Below, piece by piece: positions 1 through 8,932 of a stretch of DNA of 64,000 nucleotides; positions within the stretch are counted from its first letter, which is position 1; each line of letters starts with the position of its first letter. The notes beneath the pieces are model-generated. The model did no database searches and was not told the origin of the DNA. It saw only the letters and a program-made list of their open reading frames with translations. Source of the DNA: Myxococcales bacterium (lineage in GTDB: Bacteria; Myxococcota_A; Polyangia; Palsa-1104); the NCBI GenBank assembly GCA_043741435.1, contig JAYUBF010000264.1:381-64380 (forward strand), read 5' to 3'. The position numbers and the translations under genes were made by a program.

Positions 1-311
1 GGTCCCACAGGAGGTGCGACGTGAGGTCGCGTGAGCCGATTGCCAACGTCCACGCCAGCACAAGCCCGCCGACAGCCACCGCGCGACAGCTCCTCGGTGA
101 CGATGGCCATCGACATGCTGTCGAGACCCATGCCGCCATACTCGGTTGGGAAGATCAGGCCGAAGTGGCCGAGCTCGGCCATCTTGGCGATGATCGCCTG
201 CGGGATTTCTTTCTCGGCATTGTCGAGCTCGTCGACGATGGGGATGATCTCCCGCTCGACGAACTCACGAACACTGGCCCGGATTTCATGATGCTCTCGT
301 CGCACCCGCAC
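1..311 (-). pseudogene. Acyl-CoA dehydrogenase N-terminal fragment (frame runs off the window edge)
   Basis: Manual translation gives HHEIRASVREFVEREIIP...AKMAELGHFGLIFPTEYGGMGLDSMSMAIVTEELSRG, a typical ACAD N-domain. Similarity appears to stop after EELSRG (~pos 80). Not in the ORF track. Confidence 0.65.
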
Positions 312-374
312 CTCGACTCACGAAGGAACAAGATTATGGTGCAATTGCATCAAAGCTTGCAAGCCGTTCGAGTG

Positions 375-1547
375 CTAGCGGGGCTCGAACAGCGCAAAGG
401 CGCTGGTGTAGCCGTGCAAGAACGTGCGTCCACCGACTGGCGCGATCTCACCGTTGGCGAAGAAACCACCGATGGGCAGGTCACCGAACTCGTCGCGGAA
501 CAGGTCGGAGTCGTGGTCCGCGCAGCCGAACAGGTGGCGCCCTCGCCCGAGACACGAGAACAAGAGGGCGCCCACGGGATTCGCACCCTCGTCGTGTGCG
601 GCACGCAGCAATTGCTTCAGCTCCTCGGTCGCCCGCTCGGAGTCACGCAGCACGAAGTGGATCACGTCGTACTGTTTGAGCTCGGCCGCGACGCCGATGG
701 AGCCCTTCTCGGGATCGACACCGAGGAGGTTGCGGATGAGGAGGCGATCGGTGCGCACCTCGACGGACGACTTGTCCATCTCGATGCCCACGAAGAGGGA
801 GTGTCGGAAGATCTCGCGGTCACGCTCCGAGAGCGATCCATGGAGTGACTTCAGCGCGTCGACGGCGGGCTTGCCATCGAGCTCGCGGACCGCGTTTCCC
901 TCGACCGCGGTCACCACGTGCGGGCGACCGATGGGCCTACAACCTTGCGCGACGAGCGGCCGCAGGCGGAGCGCGCCGTCGATGAGCAACACCAGGGCGC
1001 CGCGTCGGTGGGCCGCACGCCCGTAGAGCATGCTGGAGCGCGGGACGGGGCCGTCGGCAGCGAGCGCGCCCAGGGTGACCGAGCTAGGCAGGAGCTGATC
1101 CATTGCCGCGATGAACGGCTCCGGCTCGATCGAGAACGGATCGACCAGCACCAGCGCGTCGGGCTGGGCGCCCGGCTCGATGCCGAGCGCGGCCGTGAGC
1201 CGTCGCTGGTTCACCAGACCGTCGTCGGTGATCTGCTCAGGATCGAGGTGCACTACACGTACTGATGCCCCTGGCAACGTGGCGGCCGTGAGCGCGAGCG
1301 CCGGCTCGATCTCTTCCTCGCGCCCGTCGCCGATCACGCCGCCCGCGGCGCAACCGAATAGCATGACGTCGGGAAACTCTGCCTGCAGGAGCTCCGGCAG
1401 GCGGCGATAGTCGTTGGGATCGTGCGCCCGCAGGAACGGGAACAAGATCGTCGGCGGCGCTGTCAGCTGCGATCGCAGCTCAGCCGCTGCTGTCGCAACC
1501 GCGGTGGAGAGCGATGCCGTGCGCACGAGGGTGGAGGCAAGCTGCAT
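375..1547 (-). CDS. FIST N/C-domain sensory protein
   Basis: Motifs GCAAGGVIG, VAQGCRPIG, LLFSCLGRG, GGFFANGEIAP, HGYTS; start placed at MQLAS. Confidence 0.9.
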   Translation of the reverse strand: MQLASTLVRTASLSTAVATAAAELRSQLTAPPTILFPFLRAHDPNDYRRLPELLQAEFPDVMLFGCAAGGVIGDGREEEIEPALALTAATLPGASVRVVHLDPEQITDDGLVNQRRLTAALGIEPGAQPDALVLVDPFSIEPEPFIAAMDQLLPSSVTLGALAADGPVPRSSMLYGRAAHRRGALVLLIDGALRLRPLVAQGCRPIGRPHVVTAVEGNAVRELDGKPAVDALKSLHGSLSERDREIFRHSLFVGIEMDKSSVEVRTDRLLIRNLLGVDPEKGSIGVAAELKQYDVIHFVLRDSERATEELKQLLRAAHDEGANPVGALLFSCLGRGRHLFGCADHDSDLFRDEFGDLPIGGFFANGEIAPVGGRTFLHGYTSAFALFEPR

Positions 1548-1709
1548 GGCGGGGCGCAATCGTACGCCCATTTCTGCCGAGCGCACCAGCCTTCGCCGTC
1601 GTGACGCGATCGCGACACGCGCGTCGTGCTTCTTCCATTTCTCGCAACAGGCGAGACGTGATCCCACGGGCCTAGCGCTCAGCACGTTCATTGCTCTTAC
1701 CGCGCGGCG

Positions 1710-2225
1710 ATGGGTCACTTCGCGTCATCTCGCCTTTTCGTGTTGAGCCTGCTGGCGCTCGGCGCGTGTGGAGCGGCTCCCACGGGCCCGGATGCGCCCG
1801 ACGCCTCGTCGTATCCGCTCACGTTGGGTGCGAACGACACTTCGGGCACCTTCGTTCCGTTCAGCGACGGACAGCATGTCGATCTCGTGGAGGGTGCCCA
1901 GGGCGGCTTCCACGTGTGGATGCGATATCGCGCGAGTGGCGCGGTGGGCACGCGTGCCGAGCTCCAACGCGTCGCGCACCGCATCGGTGACGGCGCGCTG
2001 ATCCTGCGCAGCACCTCGCAAAGTACGATCGTCGACGAATCGGATCTCATGCCGATGTTCATGTGCCCGAGCCCCGTCGGCATCAGCGTCATCGACGAGC
2101 CCATGCGCTTCGAGCTGCGCTTCGTCGACGACGACGGTCGACCCCTGTCCACCGGCATCACGACCCTCGTCCCCCATTGTCCGGAAGCCAACCGCGAATT
2201 TTGCCTGCGGATTTGCACCGGCTGA
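1710..2225 (+). CDS. Hypothetical lipoprotein
   Basis: Lipobox LGAC; segment DLVEGAQGGFHVW; Cys pairs near the C-terminus. Confidence 0.75.
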   Translation: MGHFASSRLFVLSLLALGACGAAPTGPDAPDASSYPLTLGANDTSGTFVPFSDGQHVDLVEGAQGGFHVWMRYRASGAVGTRAELQRVAHRIGDGALILRSTSQSTIVDESDLMPMFMCPSPVGISVIDEPMRFELRFVDDDGRPLSTGITTLVPHCPEANREFCLRICTG

Positions 2226-2253
2226 CCGGCCGGATGACCAGAAGGAGAACCCG

Positions 2254-3990
2254 ATGTACGCGACGAACAGAATGAAGTGGATTGCCGCCGCGCTGGCGGG
2301 ACTTTCGTTGGCCACCCAGGTGCGGACCTCGAGCGCCTGCGGTTGCTTCGCACCACCGAGCCCGATGACGCCGGTGGTGCAGGCCGGCGAACGCATCTTG
2401 TTCGCTCATGACGGGAACCAGGTCACCGCGTACATCCAGATCCAGTATCAGGGCAACGCGGCCGACTTCGGCTGGCTCGTGCCGTTACCGTCGGTGCCCA
2501 CGCTCGAGCTCGGCACCGACGAGCTCTTCACGACGCTGCAACGCACGACCAATCCACAGTACCAGATCAGCACGCAGCGCGACTATTGCGGAGGTCCCAG
2601 CAACTACTCGGTCGGCGGCTGTGGCGGGTTCGGCGATTCGGCGAGCGTGAACTACAGCACCGCCGATGCGGGCGCGTCCTTCGCCTCCGACCTGGGCGCA
2701 TTCAACCCAGCGCTGGTGGAGCAGGGGAGCATCGGCCCGTACGACTACGCGGTGCTGAAGGCCGACGACAAGACGGAGATGCTCACGTGGCTCGCCGACA
2801 ACCGCTACTACGTGCCCGATGCGACGGGGCAGGCGGTGCAGCCGTACATCCACACGGGCGCGTTCTTCCTCGCGCTCAAGCTGAAGTCGGGCGAGAACGC
2901 GGGTAGCGTAGCGCCGATCGTGCTGCGCTATGCGTCGGATCTGCCGATGATCCCGATCACGCTTACTCAGGTGGGCGCGATCCCCGACATGGGTGTGCTG
3001 GTCTGGCTGCTGGGCAACGCGCGCGCCATCCCGCGCAACTACTACCATGTCGAGCTGAACGAGATGCCGATCTGGGAGAACCTTCTCGACTATCCGAAGC
3101 AGGCCATCCGTGCGATTCACGACGCACCGCAACGCCACGCGTTCCTCACCGAGTACGCGGGTGCGAGCAGCGTAATGGACACGCAGCTCGACTATGCGGG
3201 CCGCTTCGGTGACCTCGACCTGCTGCGTACCATCACGAAGCCGGCCTACTACCTCCAGTACCTGCGCAACAACGGCTTCGCGTTCGACGCCACCTTGTTC
3301 GGCATCCTCGCGCGTTATCTGCCGATGCCGCAGGAGCTCGTCGCCCAAGGCGTGACGGCGACGGCGTTCTACCAGAACTACGACTACTACATCGGTCAGG
3401 CAGGGCCTCAGGCGGATCCGGATGCCGGCACGGCCCTCGCGTTCGATGCGATGAAGCTCACCGACGATCTCAACACGCGCATCGTGCAGCCGTCGCGAGC
3501 AGCGTCGAAGCTCTTCGATCGCTACCCGTACCTCACGCGCATGTACACGGCGCTGTCGCCGGAGGACATGAACCTCGATCCGGTGTTCAGCGAGAACCCC
3601 GATCTTCCGTCGGTGAATAACGTGCACACCGCGACCTTGCGGGTGCCTTGCAAGAGCGCCGCGTGGTTGCGCACCGAAACGGGCCGCGAGGAGCAATGGC
3701 TGAGCTCGCTCCCACCGAACAAGGTGTGGCCGGCGACGGTGCAGGTGCAGCGTCTCCGCGAAGCCGGTGCGCCCGAGGTGGTCACCGACAACGGGGCGCT
3801 CATCACGCAGACCCTCGGCACGGTGGATCACGGAAGCGCCGGCAACGAACCCGAGTCTACGGTCGCGGAAGATCATGGCGGCTGCGGGGCCTGCGATGTT
3901 CGCCGAGGCGGATCGGGGGGCGCGCTCGGCAGCTTCGCACTCGTCGGCGTCGCGATCTTGCTCGTGCGGCGCCGTCGCCGTGTGAGCTAG
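2254..3990 (+). CDS. DUF2330-family secreted protein with MYXO-CTERM-like tail
   Basis: ACGCF after the signal peptide, IQIQYQG, FGWLVPLPSVP; C-terminal GGCGAC, hydrophobic helix and RRRRR; SD AAGGAG upstream. Confidence 0.85.
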   Translation: MYATNRMKWIAAALAGLSLATQVRTSSACGCFAPPSPMTPVVQAGERILFAHDGNQVTAYIQIQYQGNAADFGWLVPLPSVPTLELGTDELFTTLQRTTNPQYQISTQRDYCGGPSNYSVGGCGGFGDSASVNYSTADAGASFASDLGAFNPALVEQGSIGPYDYAVLKADDKTEMLTWLADNRYYVPDATGQAVQPYIHTGAFFLALKLKSGENAGSVAPIVLRYASDLPMIPITLTQVGAIPDMGVLVWLLGNARAIPRNYYHVELNEMPIWENLLDYPKQAIRAIHDAPQRHAFLTEYAGASSVMDTQLDYAGRFGDLDLLRTITKPAYYLQYLRNNGFAFDATLFGILARYLPMPQELVAQGVTATAFYQNYDYYIGQAGPQADPDAGTALAFDAMKLTDDLNTRIVQPSRAASKLFDRYPYLTRMYTALSPEDMNLDPVFSENPDLPSVNNVHTATLRVPCKSAAWLRTETGREEQWLSSLPPNKVWPATVQVQRLREAGAPEVVTDNGALITQTLGTVDHGSAGNEPESTVAEDHGGCGACDVRRGGSGGALGSFALVGVAILLVRRRRRVS

Positions 3991-4024
3991 GCCTCGTGCT
4001 GTGCGTTGGCGTTGCGAGCGCGTC

Positions 4025-4333
4025 TCAGCGGACGTCACAAAATCCGTCGATACAAGCGTAGCCCTCGTCGGAACGGCAGTCCTTGTCGCTGCTACACCCA
4101 GGGTAGCAACGAGCTGAGCCACCACGGGAAATGCAGCGGATCCAGCCGATGACGGCGCAGTCGTCATCGCTGCCGCACGTCTTCGAGCAGAAACCACCAG
4201 GACCCTCGCCACAAAACAAACCCTCGCGACAGGGTTCGTTGCTGGCGCACGAATCGCCGATGCCACCGGGATAGGCTTGCCCGCAGGCAGCGATGAAGAT
4301 GGTCATTGCGAGAAGAAGGCGAGAAATCGTCAT
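4025..4333 (-). CDS. Small Cys-rich lipoprotein
   Basis: Lipobox IAAC; repeated C-x-S-x-x-D-C motifs. Confidence 0.75.
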   Translation of the reverse strand: MTISRLLLAMTIFIAACGQAYPGGIGDSCASNEPCREGLFCGEGPGGFCSKTCGSDDDCAVIGWIRCISRGGSARCYPGCSSDKDCRSDEGYACIDGFCDVR

Positions 4334-4345
4334 GGCCGCGGAGAG

Positions 4346-4361
4346 AGCAAGCTGCGAGCCA
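4346..4361 (-). promoter_or_regulatory. Putative sigma54 (-24/-12) promoter
   Basis: TGGCTCGCAGCTTGCT fits GG-N10-GC; the C is 14 nt before ATG 4333. Confidence 0.55.
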
Positions 4362-4555
4362 GCTCAGGCGCGCGGTTCAAATCCTCGATTCGGCGCCGCT
4401 GAGCCGAGCGCACGAGTGGGGGATCTGACAGGGTGTCGAGACTTCAACGCCGCGCGCCGCGTCTGTGAACCGGCGCGGATTCCGCGTGCCGTCCCGCCGG
4501 CTCTTTGCTCTCATCAACCTCGACGACCTTCTCGATCGTGTAAGCTCGCCTCGTC

Positions 4556-5626
4556 GTGGCCACCAAAAAGACTCCTGCGCCAGCGCCGCCGCGGCGGCCG
4601 AGCCCTCCGCAGCTGGAAGGGACCGCGGGCGTGCAAGCGCTCGAGGCCCTCCGCGACAGCGACGTGCAGCCGGTCTATTTCATCTACGGCAAGGAGCGCT
4701 ATCTCGTGGACCGCGCGCTCGATGCGCTGCGGAAGCGCGCTGTCGATCCGGCGATGCGAGACTTCAACTACGAGCTCTTCCAGGGCAAGGATGGCAACCC
4801 GGATCGCATCCTCAATGCGGCGCGCACGCTGCCGATGATGGCGAACCGTCGCCTCGTGCTGGTGCGCGACCTCGACGCGATGAAGGCCGATGACCAGGCC
4901 AAGCTCATCCCCTACCTCGAGGCGCCGGTGCCGGAGTGCTGCTTGGTGCTCGAGGCTGAAAAGCTCGATCAGCGCACCCGCTTCGGCTCGTCGGTGAAGA
5001 AGCTAGCAGCGTGCGTGAAGCTCGAGCCCTTGTACGAGCGCCACCTGGTGGGCTTCGTGCGCACCGAAGCACAACGTCGCGAGCTGCGCTTCGAGGCTGG
5101 CGCCGCCGAGCTGCTGTGCGACGACATCGGCGCCGACCTCGGCGCGCTCGTCGACACCGTGGAGCGACTCTCGCTGTTCGCGCGTTCGAAGGGCCAAGGC
5201 TTCGTCACGGCCGCCGACGTGGAATCGCAAACGCCCGGCGCACGTCAACGCACGGTCTTCGAGCTCGCCGATGCGGTGGGTCGTGGCGATCGCGGCCGCG
5301 CCCTGCGAATCGTCGCGACGATGATGGATGGCAAGGAGTCCGGAGTGCGCGTGGTGGCGATGCTGTCACGCCACGTGCGTCAGCTGTGGAGCGCCGACGG
5401 GCTCTTGAAGGCGCGCACGCCGAAGAGCGAGCTGGCCTCGGCGCTGGGCGTGCCGCCATTCTTCGTGGATGGAATCGCCGAGCAAGCGCGCCGCGTGGGC
5501 GCAAAAGGCGAGGCCGCCTTTCGCGGCCTGCATGATGCGCTCTTCCGGGCGGATCTCGAGCTGAAGTCATCGCGCCTCGAGGAGGCGCGGATCATGGAAC
5601 GGTTGATTCTCGAGCTTACGGCGTAG
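4556..5626 (+). CDS. holA: DNA polymerase III delta subunit
   Basis: PVYFIYGKERYL, DFNYELF, ARTLPMMANRRLVLV, TVFELADAV, DLELKSS. Confidence 0.93.
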   Translation: MATKKTPAPAPPRRPSPPQLEGTAGVQALEALRDSDVQPVYFIYGKERYLVDRALDALRKRAVDPAMRDFNYELFQGKDGNPDRILNAARTLPMMANRRLVLVRDLDAMKADDQAKLIPYLEAPVPECCLVLEAEKLDQRTRFGSSVKKLAACVKLEPLYERHLVGFVRTEAQRRELRFEAGAAELLCDDIGADLGALVDTVERLSLFARSKGQGFVTAADVESQTPGARQRTVFELADAVGRGDRGRALRIVATMMDGKESGVRVVAMLSRHVRQLWSADGLLKARTPKSELASALGVPPFFVDGIAEQARRVGAKGEAAFRGLHDALFRADLELKSSRLEEARIMERLILELTA

Positions 5627-5819
5627 CCGTCAGCTCAAGAAATCCGCCTGACTCAAGAGACCGAGCCTCGTGCTCCTTGCGGCTGGCCGATCGCTTTCGC
5701 GTGTTCGCGGCCTGGATATGTCGAGCCTCGCCACGAAAGGAGTGGCTCTTGGCGCCAGCCCGACGGAAGGCGCATTGGCCGCGCCACGCTGGGTGCGACG
5801 GGGTCGGAAAAGGTCGATC

Positions 5820-6113
5820 TCAGAACACGAACGACAGCGTCCCCACCGCCATCGCCGCGAAGCTGAGGTAGCCCACGCCGAGGTGCGCGATGGAGAGGTG
5901 GCGCTGCTCGGTGGTCCCTGGCCGCGGCGCGGAGATCGGGCCCAGCACCAGCTGCGTCACCATGCCGGCGGTCGCGATCGCCATCGAGATCTTGTGCAGC
6001 AGCGCTCGGTCCGCGCGCAATGGCTTCGGATACGGGTTTGGTGCCGCGCCTTCCGGATCCTGGTTGCTGCAGCCGATCGCTGCGAGCAGCGTGATCACCG
6101 AGAGAAAGCGCAC
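5820..6113 (-). CDS. Small membrane/lipoprotein, possibly an internally deleted relic
   Basis: Lipobox AIGC joined directly to APNPYPKPL and two hydrophobic helices; a homologous fragment lies at ~32430-32565. Confidence 0.5.
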   Translation of the reverse strand: MRFLSVITLLAAIGCSNQDPEGAAPNPYPKPLRADRALLHKISMAIATAGMVTQLVLGPISAPRPGTTEQRHLSIAHLGVGYLSFAAMAVGTLSFVF

Positions 6114-6116
6114 GCG

Positions 6117-6597
6117 TCAGTCGACCAGCACGTGGCTGTTGTAGCCGTGCGGGTTCTTCACCAGATACTTCTGGTGATAGTCCTCGGCCGCGTAGAACTT
6201 CGTGGCGGGCGTGATCTCCGTGACGATGAGGTTCTTGAACCGGCTCGACGCATCGAAGTCGCTCTTCACGCGCGTCGCCGTGCGCTGCTGTGACTCGTTC
6301 GTGAAGTAGATGGCCGACCGGTACTGCGAGCCGACGTCGTTGTGCTGGCGATCGACGGTGGTCGGATCGTGCATGCGGAAGAAGTAGTCGAGCAGCCGCT
6401 CGTACGACAGCTGCGCGGGGTCGAACACGACCTCCACCGATTCAGCGTGGCCGGTGCCTCCCGCCGACACCGCTTCGTAGCTGGGGGTATCCACGCGGCC
6501 GCCGGCGTAACCGACCTTCGTGCCGACGACGCCGGGAATCTTGCGGAGGATCTCCTCCATGCCCCAGAAGCAAGCTTGCGAGCCTGAAGAACCGCAT
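6117..6597 (-). pseudogene. msrA: Methionine sulfoxide reductase A, 5' disrupted
   Basis: CFWGMEE, VGYAGG, GHAESVEV, HDPTT, DVGSQYRSAIY, AEDYHQKY. There is no in-frame start just upstream of the catalytic Cys. ATG 6597 begins a signal-peptide-like MRFFRLASLLLG in another frame. Confidence 0.8.
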
Positions 6598-6605
6598 GAA
6601 GAGCA

Positions 6606-6668
6606 TACGTCCCTCGCGGACCTCCGGTTTCGCTGTGATCGACGAAACCGGTCGCCCCGGCCGACGTA
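6606..6668. promoter_or_regulatory. Divergent ECF-type promoter pair
   Basis: Minus strand: GAAACC-N16-CGTA (6631-6606). Plus strand: GAAACC-N15-CGTA (6644-6668). Perfect 9-bp inverted repeat CCGGTTTCG/CGAAACCGG. Confidence 0.55.
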
Positions 6669-6694
6669 TTCCCTACGTGATCGCGGTCCACACG

Positions 6695-7333
6695 ATGGAG
6701 TCCGAGCATCGGCTCGGGTACGGTGTCGCCGCCATGAGCGCCATGAGCGCCATGAGCGATGGAGCCGAGGAACCCGCGCTCGTCGACTGGATGGGTCGGT
6801 ACGCCGACGGAGAGGCCGACGCTTTCCAGTCGCTGTACCGCGCGCTCGCTCCTCGGCTGCTCGCCTATCTCGTCGGCATCCTGGCCGACCGCGCAGCATC
6901 GGAGGATGCGTTGCAGCACACCTTCATTCGCCTACATGAGTCCCGACATCTCTATGTGCGAGGGGCCGATCCGGCACCGTGGATCTTCACCATCGCGCAC
7001 CGCGTGGCGCTCGACGAGCTGCGCCGGCGAAAGCGATCGAAGGTGCGTCTTGGCGTCGCAGAGGAGAGCGTTCCCGAGCCTCGTGCGGATCTCGACGGCA
7101 GCCGCGAAGGATCCGCCGAGGTGCCGGACGAGCGCATCGAGGTCACGCTGGGTCTCCTTCACCTGCTCCCCGAGGCCCAACGAGCCGCGATCCTGCTCAC
7201 CAAGGTGGAGGGTCGCTCGTTGTCCGAGGCCGCTGCGATCACCGGCACGACCGTGACCGCGATCAAGCTGCGTGCCCACCGCGCCTACGTCACCTTGCGC
7301 AAGCTGTTCGGGAAGGATCAGGAGGTCTCTTGA
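6695..7333 (+). CDS. ECF RNA polymerase sigma factor (SigF-like)
   Basis: Region 2 (AFQSLYRALAPRL, EDALQHTFIRLH, WIFTIAHR) and region 4 (LPEAQRAAILL, IKLRAHRAY). Start ambiguous between 6695 and 6752. Confidence 0.9.
   Translation: MESEHRLGYGVAAMSAMSAMSDGAEEPALVDWMGRYADGEADAFQSLYRALAPRLLAYLVGILADRAASEDALQHTFIRLHESRHLYVRGADPAPWIFTIAHRVALDELRRRKRSKVRLGVAEESVPEPRADLDGSREGSAEVPDERIEVTLGLLHLLPEAQRAAILLTKVEGRSLSEAAAITGTTVTAIKLRAHRAYVTLRKLFGKDQEVS
6731..6757 (+). repeat. Tandem repeat (GCCATGAGC)x3
   Basis: Read directly; creates in-frame ATGs at 6734, 6743 and 6752. Confidence 0.95.
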
Positions 7334-8019
7334 GCGAGCGACCCAACGTCGTCATCACCGATGCAGGGCAGCCGTCTCCACCCGGTGCCGAGCTCGCCGC
7401 GCGCATCGCGGGGATGCGTCCCGTGGCCACGCGAAACGCGTTCCGCGAGGCGGCGTGGATCGCGGCACTCGGCCTGGGCTGGACCGTCCTGCTCGTCGCC
7501 GTGCTACATCCACGCAGCGACCTGCCGGCGCTGCCGATGTTTCGCTTCGGGCTCGGCCTCGCCAGCTGGGCAGCCGTCGCGCTGCTGGGCGTGACGATGG
7601 TCTTGCGTCCTGCGCGCGGTCAGGTGCTCCCATCGCTCGCAGCCGCCCGGCTCGCGGTGCTGTGCCTGCCGCTCGTCGCGGTCACGCTCGCGCTGCTCTT
7701 CCTGGTCGATGCGCCTTCGCGTACGCAGCACCTCGAGGGCGCGGCACGGCACGCGAAGATGCTGCACTGCTTCGCTCTCGGGATCGGCGCGGCCCTCCTC
7801 CCGCTCATTCTGTTGATCGTGGCGACTCGTCGCCTCCCGAGCGGGCACGGCTGGATCGGTGCCGGCCTCGGCGTGGCGTGCGGCGCGCTCGGAGCGCTGG
7901 TGCTGCACGTGGTGTGCCCCGTCGGTGGCGTGGCCCACGCGCTCACGGGTCACGCGAGCGCGACGTTGGCCGGCGGTCTGCTCGGTGCCCTGCTCGCGCG
8001 CGGAATCTCTTCTCGGTAA
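7330..8019 (+). CDS. nrsF: NrsF/DUF1109-family membrane anti-sigma factor
   Basis: TTG start overlaps the sigma stop, with SD GGAGG; ~6 TM helices; conserved HC...LHVVCP...H. Confidence 0.8.
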   Translation: MSERPNVVITDAGQPSPPGAELAARIAGMRPVATRNAFREAAWIAALGLGWTVLLVAVLHPRSDLPALPMFRFGLGLASWAAVALLGVTMVLRPARGQVLPSLAAARLAVLCLPLVAVTLALLFLVDAPSRTQHLEGAARHAKMLHCFALGIGAALLPLILLIVATRRLPSGHGWIGAGLGVACGALGALVLHVVCPVGGVAHALTGHASATLAGGLLGALLARGISSR

Positions 8020-8344
8020 AGGTCAGCGCTTGTTGCGGTACCCCGAGCGCGTGCCGGGGACGAGGGCGTCACACGCGCAGCTGTCGCAGCCGCGCTCCGT
8101 CGGCGTGCAGACCACGTCGGAGACGCACTTCAGGTTTCGATACTCGAGGCAGGCGTTGTAGAGCCGCCGGGCGCGGCGTTCCTGCGAGTAACAAGCAGCC
8201 TCTCGTCGAAAGTCGTAGGCCTCGGGGCACGCGGTCGACGGAGTCGGCGTCGATGAGCGTTGGGCGAACACCGCCCGAGGCCAAGGCGCAATCACCGTCA
8301 CGTTCCGCCCCGATATGTCGCACCGACGCGTCAGAAACGACCTG

Positions 8345-8902
8345 CTAGGATAGCTCCATCGAGGCAATCGAAGCGGGTGTGTGGCTTGCGGAGATCGCTC
8401 GCTGAGCGGCGGCGTCCTCGTCGAGACGCGATATCCACGCCTCTGCTTCCGCGACCTCGTCGGTGGCGAGCGCGTGCTCGACGAGCACGCCGTGTGCTTC
8501 GAGTTGGGAGAGATCGTACAGGCGTGCCAGTGCGCCGTGCAGCGCAGCGGGCGCTCTCCCCGCTGGGACGAGCTCGCGATACACCGCTGCGACGAGCTCG
8601 GCGTGGCTCGGCGGCGCATCAGCGGACAGCTGCGCGCGAACACCGCTCGAGAGGCCTTCGTAGGCGGCGCGGACCGCGTCGCCGGGAAAACCAGCTTCGA
8701 GCACGACGTTGGCAAGGCGCAGGCGGCTCAGCGGCGCGGAAGGTTGGAGCGCGTCGGCCTGCGCGCCCAGTTCTTCACGCTTCTCCTCGTCGGCGAATGC
8801 GATGCTGGTCGGAGTGCTCGTCTGTTCGTTGCCGCCAGGTCCGATGAACGGTTCTCGGCATGGACGAACCGTAGCGCGATGGGGCGCGCGATCGGTAGCC
8901 AT
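8345..8902 (-). CDS. HEPN-like helical protein or C-terminal gene relic
   Basis: LANVVLEAGFPGDAVRAAYEGL...SHAELV...EVAEAEAWI resembles the HEPN helix pattern; start uncertain. Confidence 0.4.
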   Translation of the reverse strand: MATDRAPHRATVRPCREPFIGPGGNEQTSTPTSIAFADEEKREELGAQADALQPSAPLSRLRLANVVLEAGFPGDAVRAAYEGLSSGVRAQLSADAPPSHAELVAAVYRELVPAGRAPAALHGALARLYDLSQLEAHGVLVEHALATDEVAEAEAWISRLDEDAAAQRAISASHTPASIASMELS

Positions 8903-8932
8903 CGCGTGTAGAATTTCCTGCGATCCGACGCA

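Noticed and set aside
1679-1695. Sigma54-like CAGCACGTTCATTGCT before ATG 1710
   Set aside because: Has AG in place of the invariant GG at -24.
4371-4387. tRNA T-arm-like GGTTCAAATCC
   Set aside because: The stem has a mismatch, and no acceptor, D or anticodon arms or CCA can be built around it.
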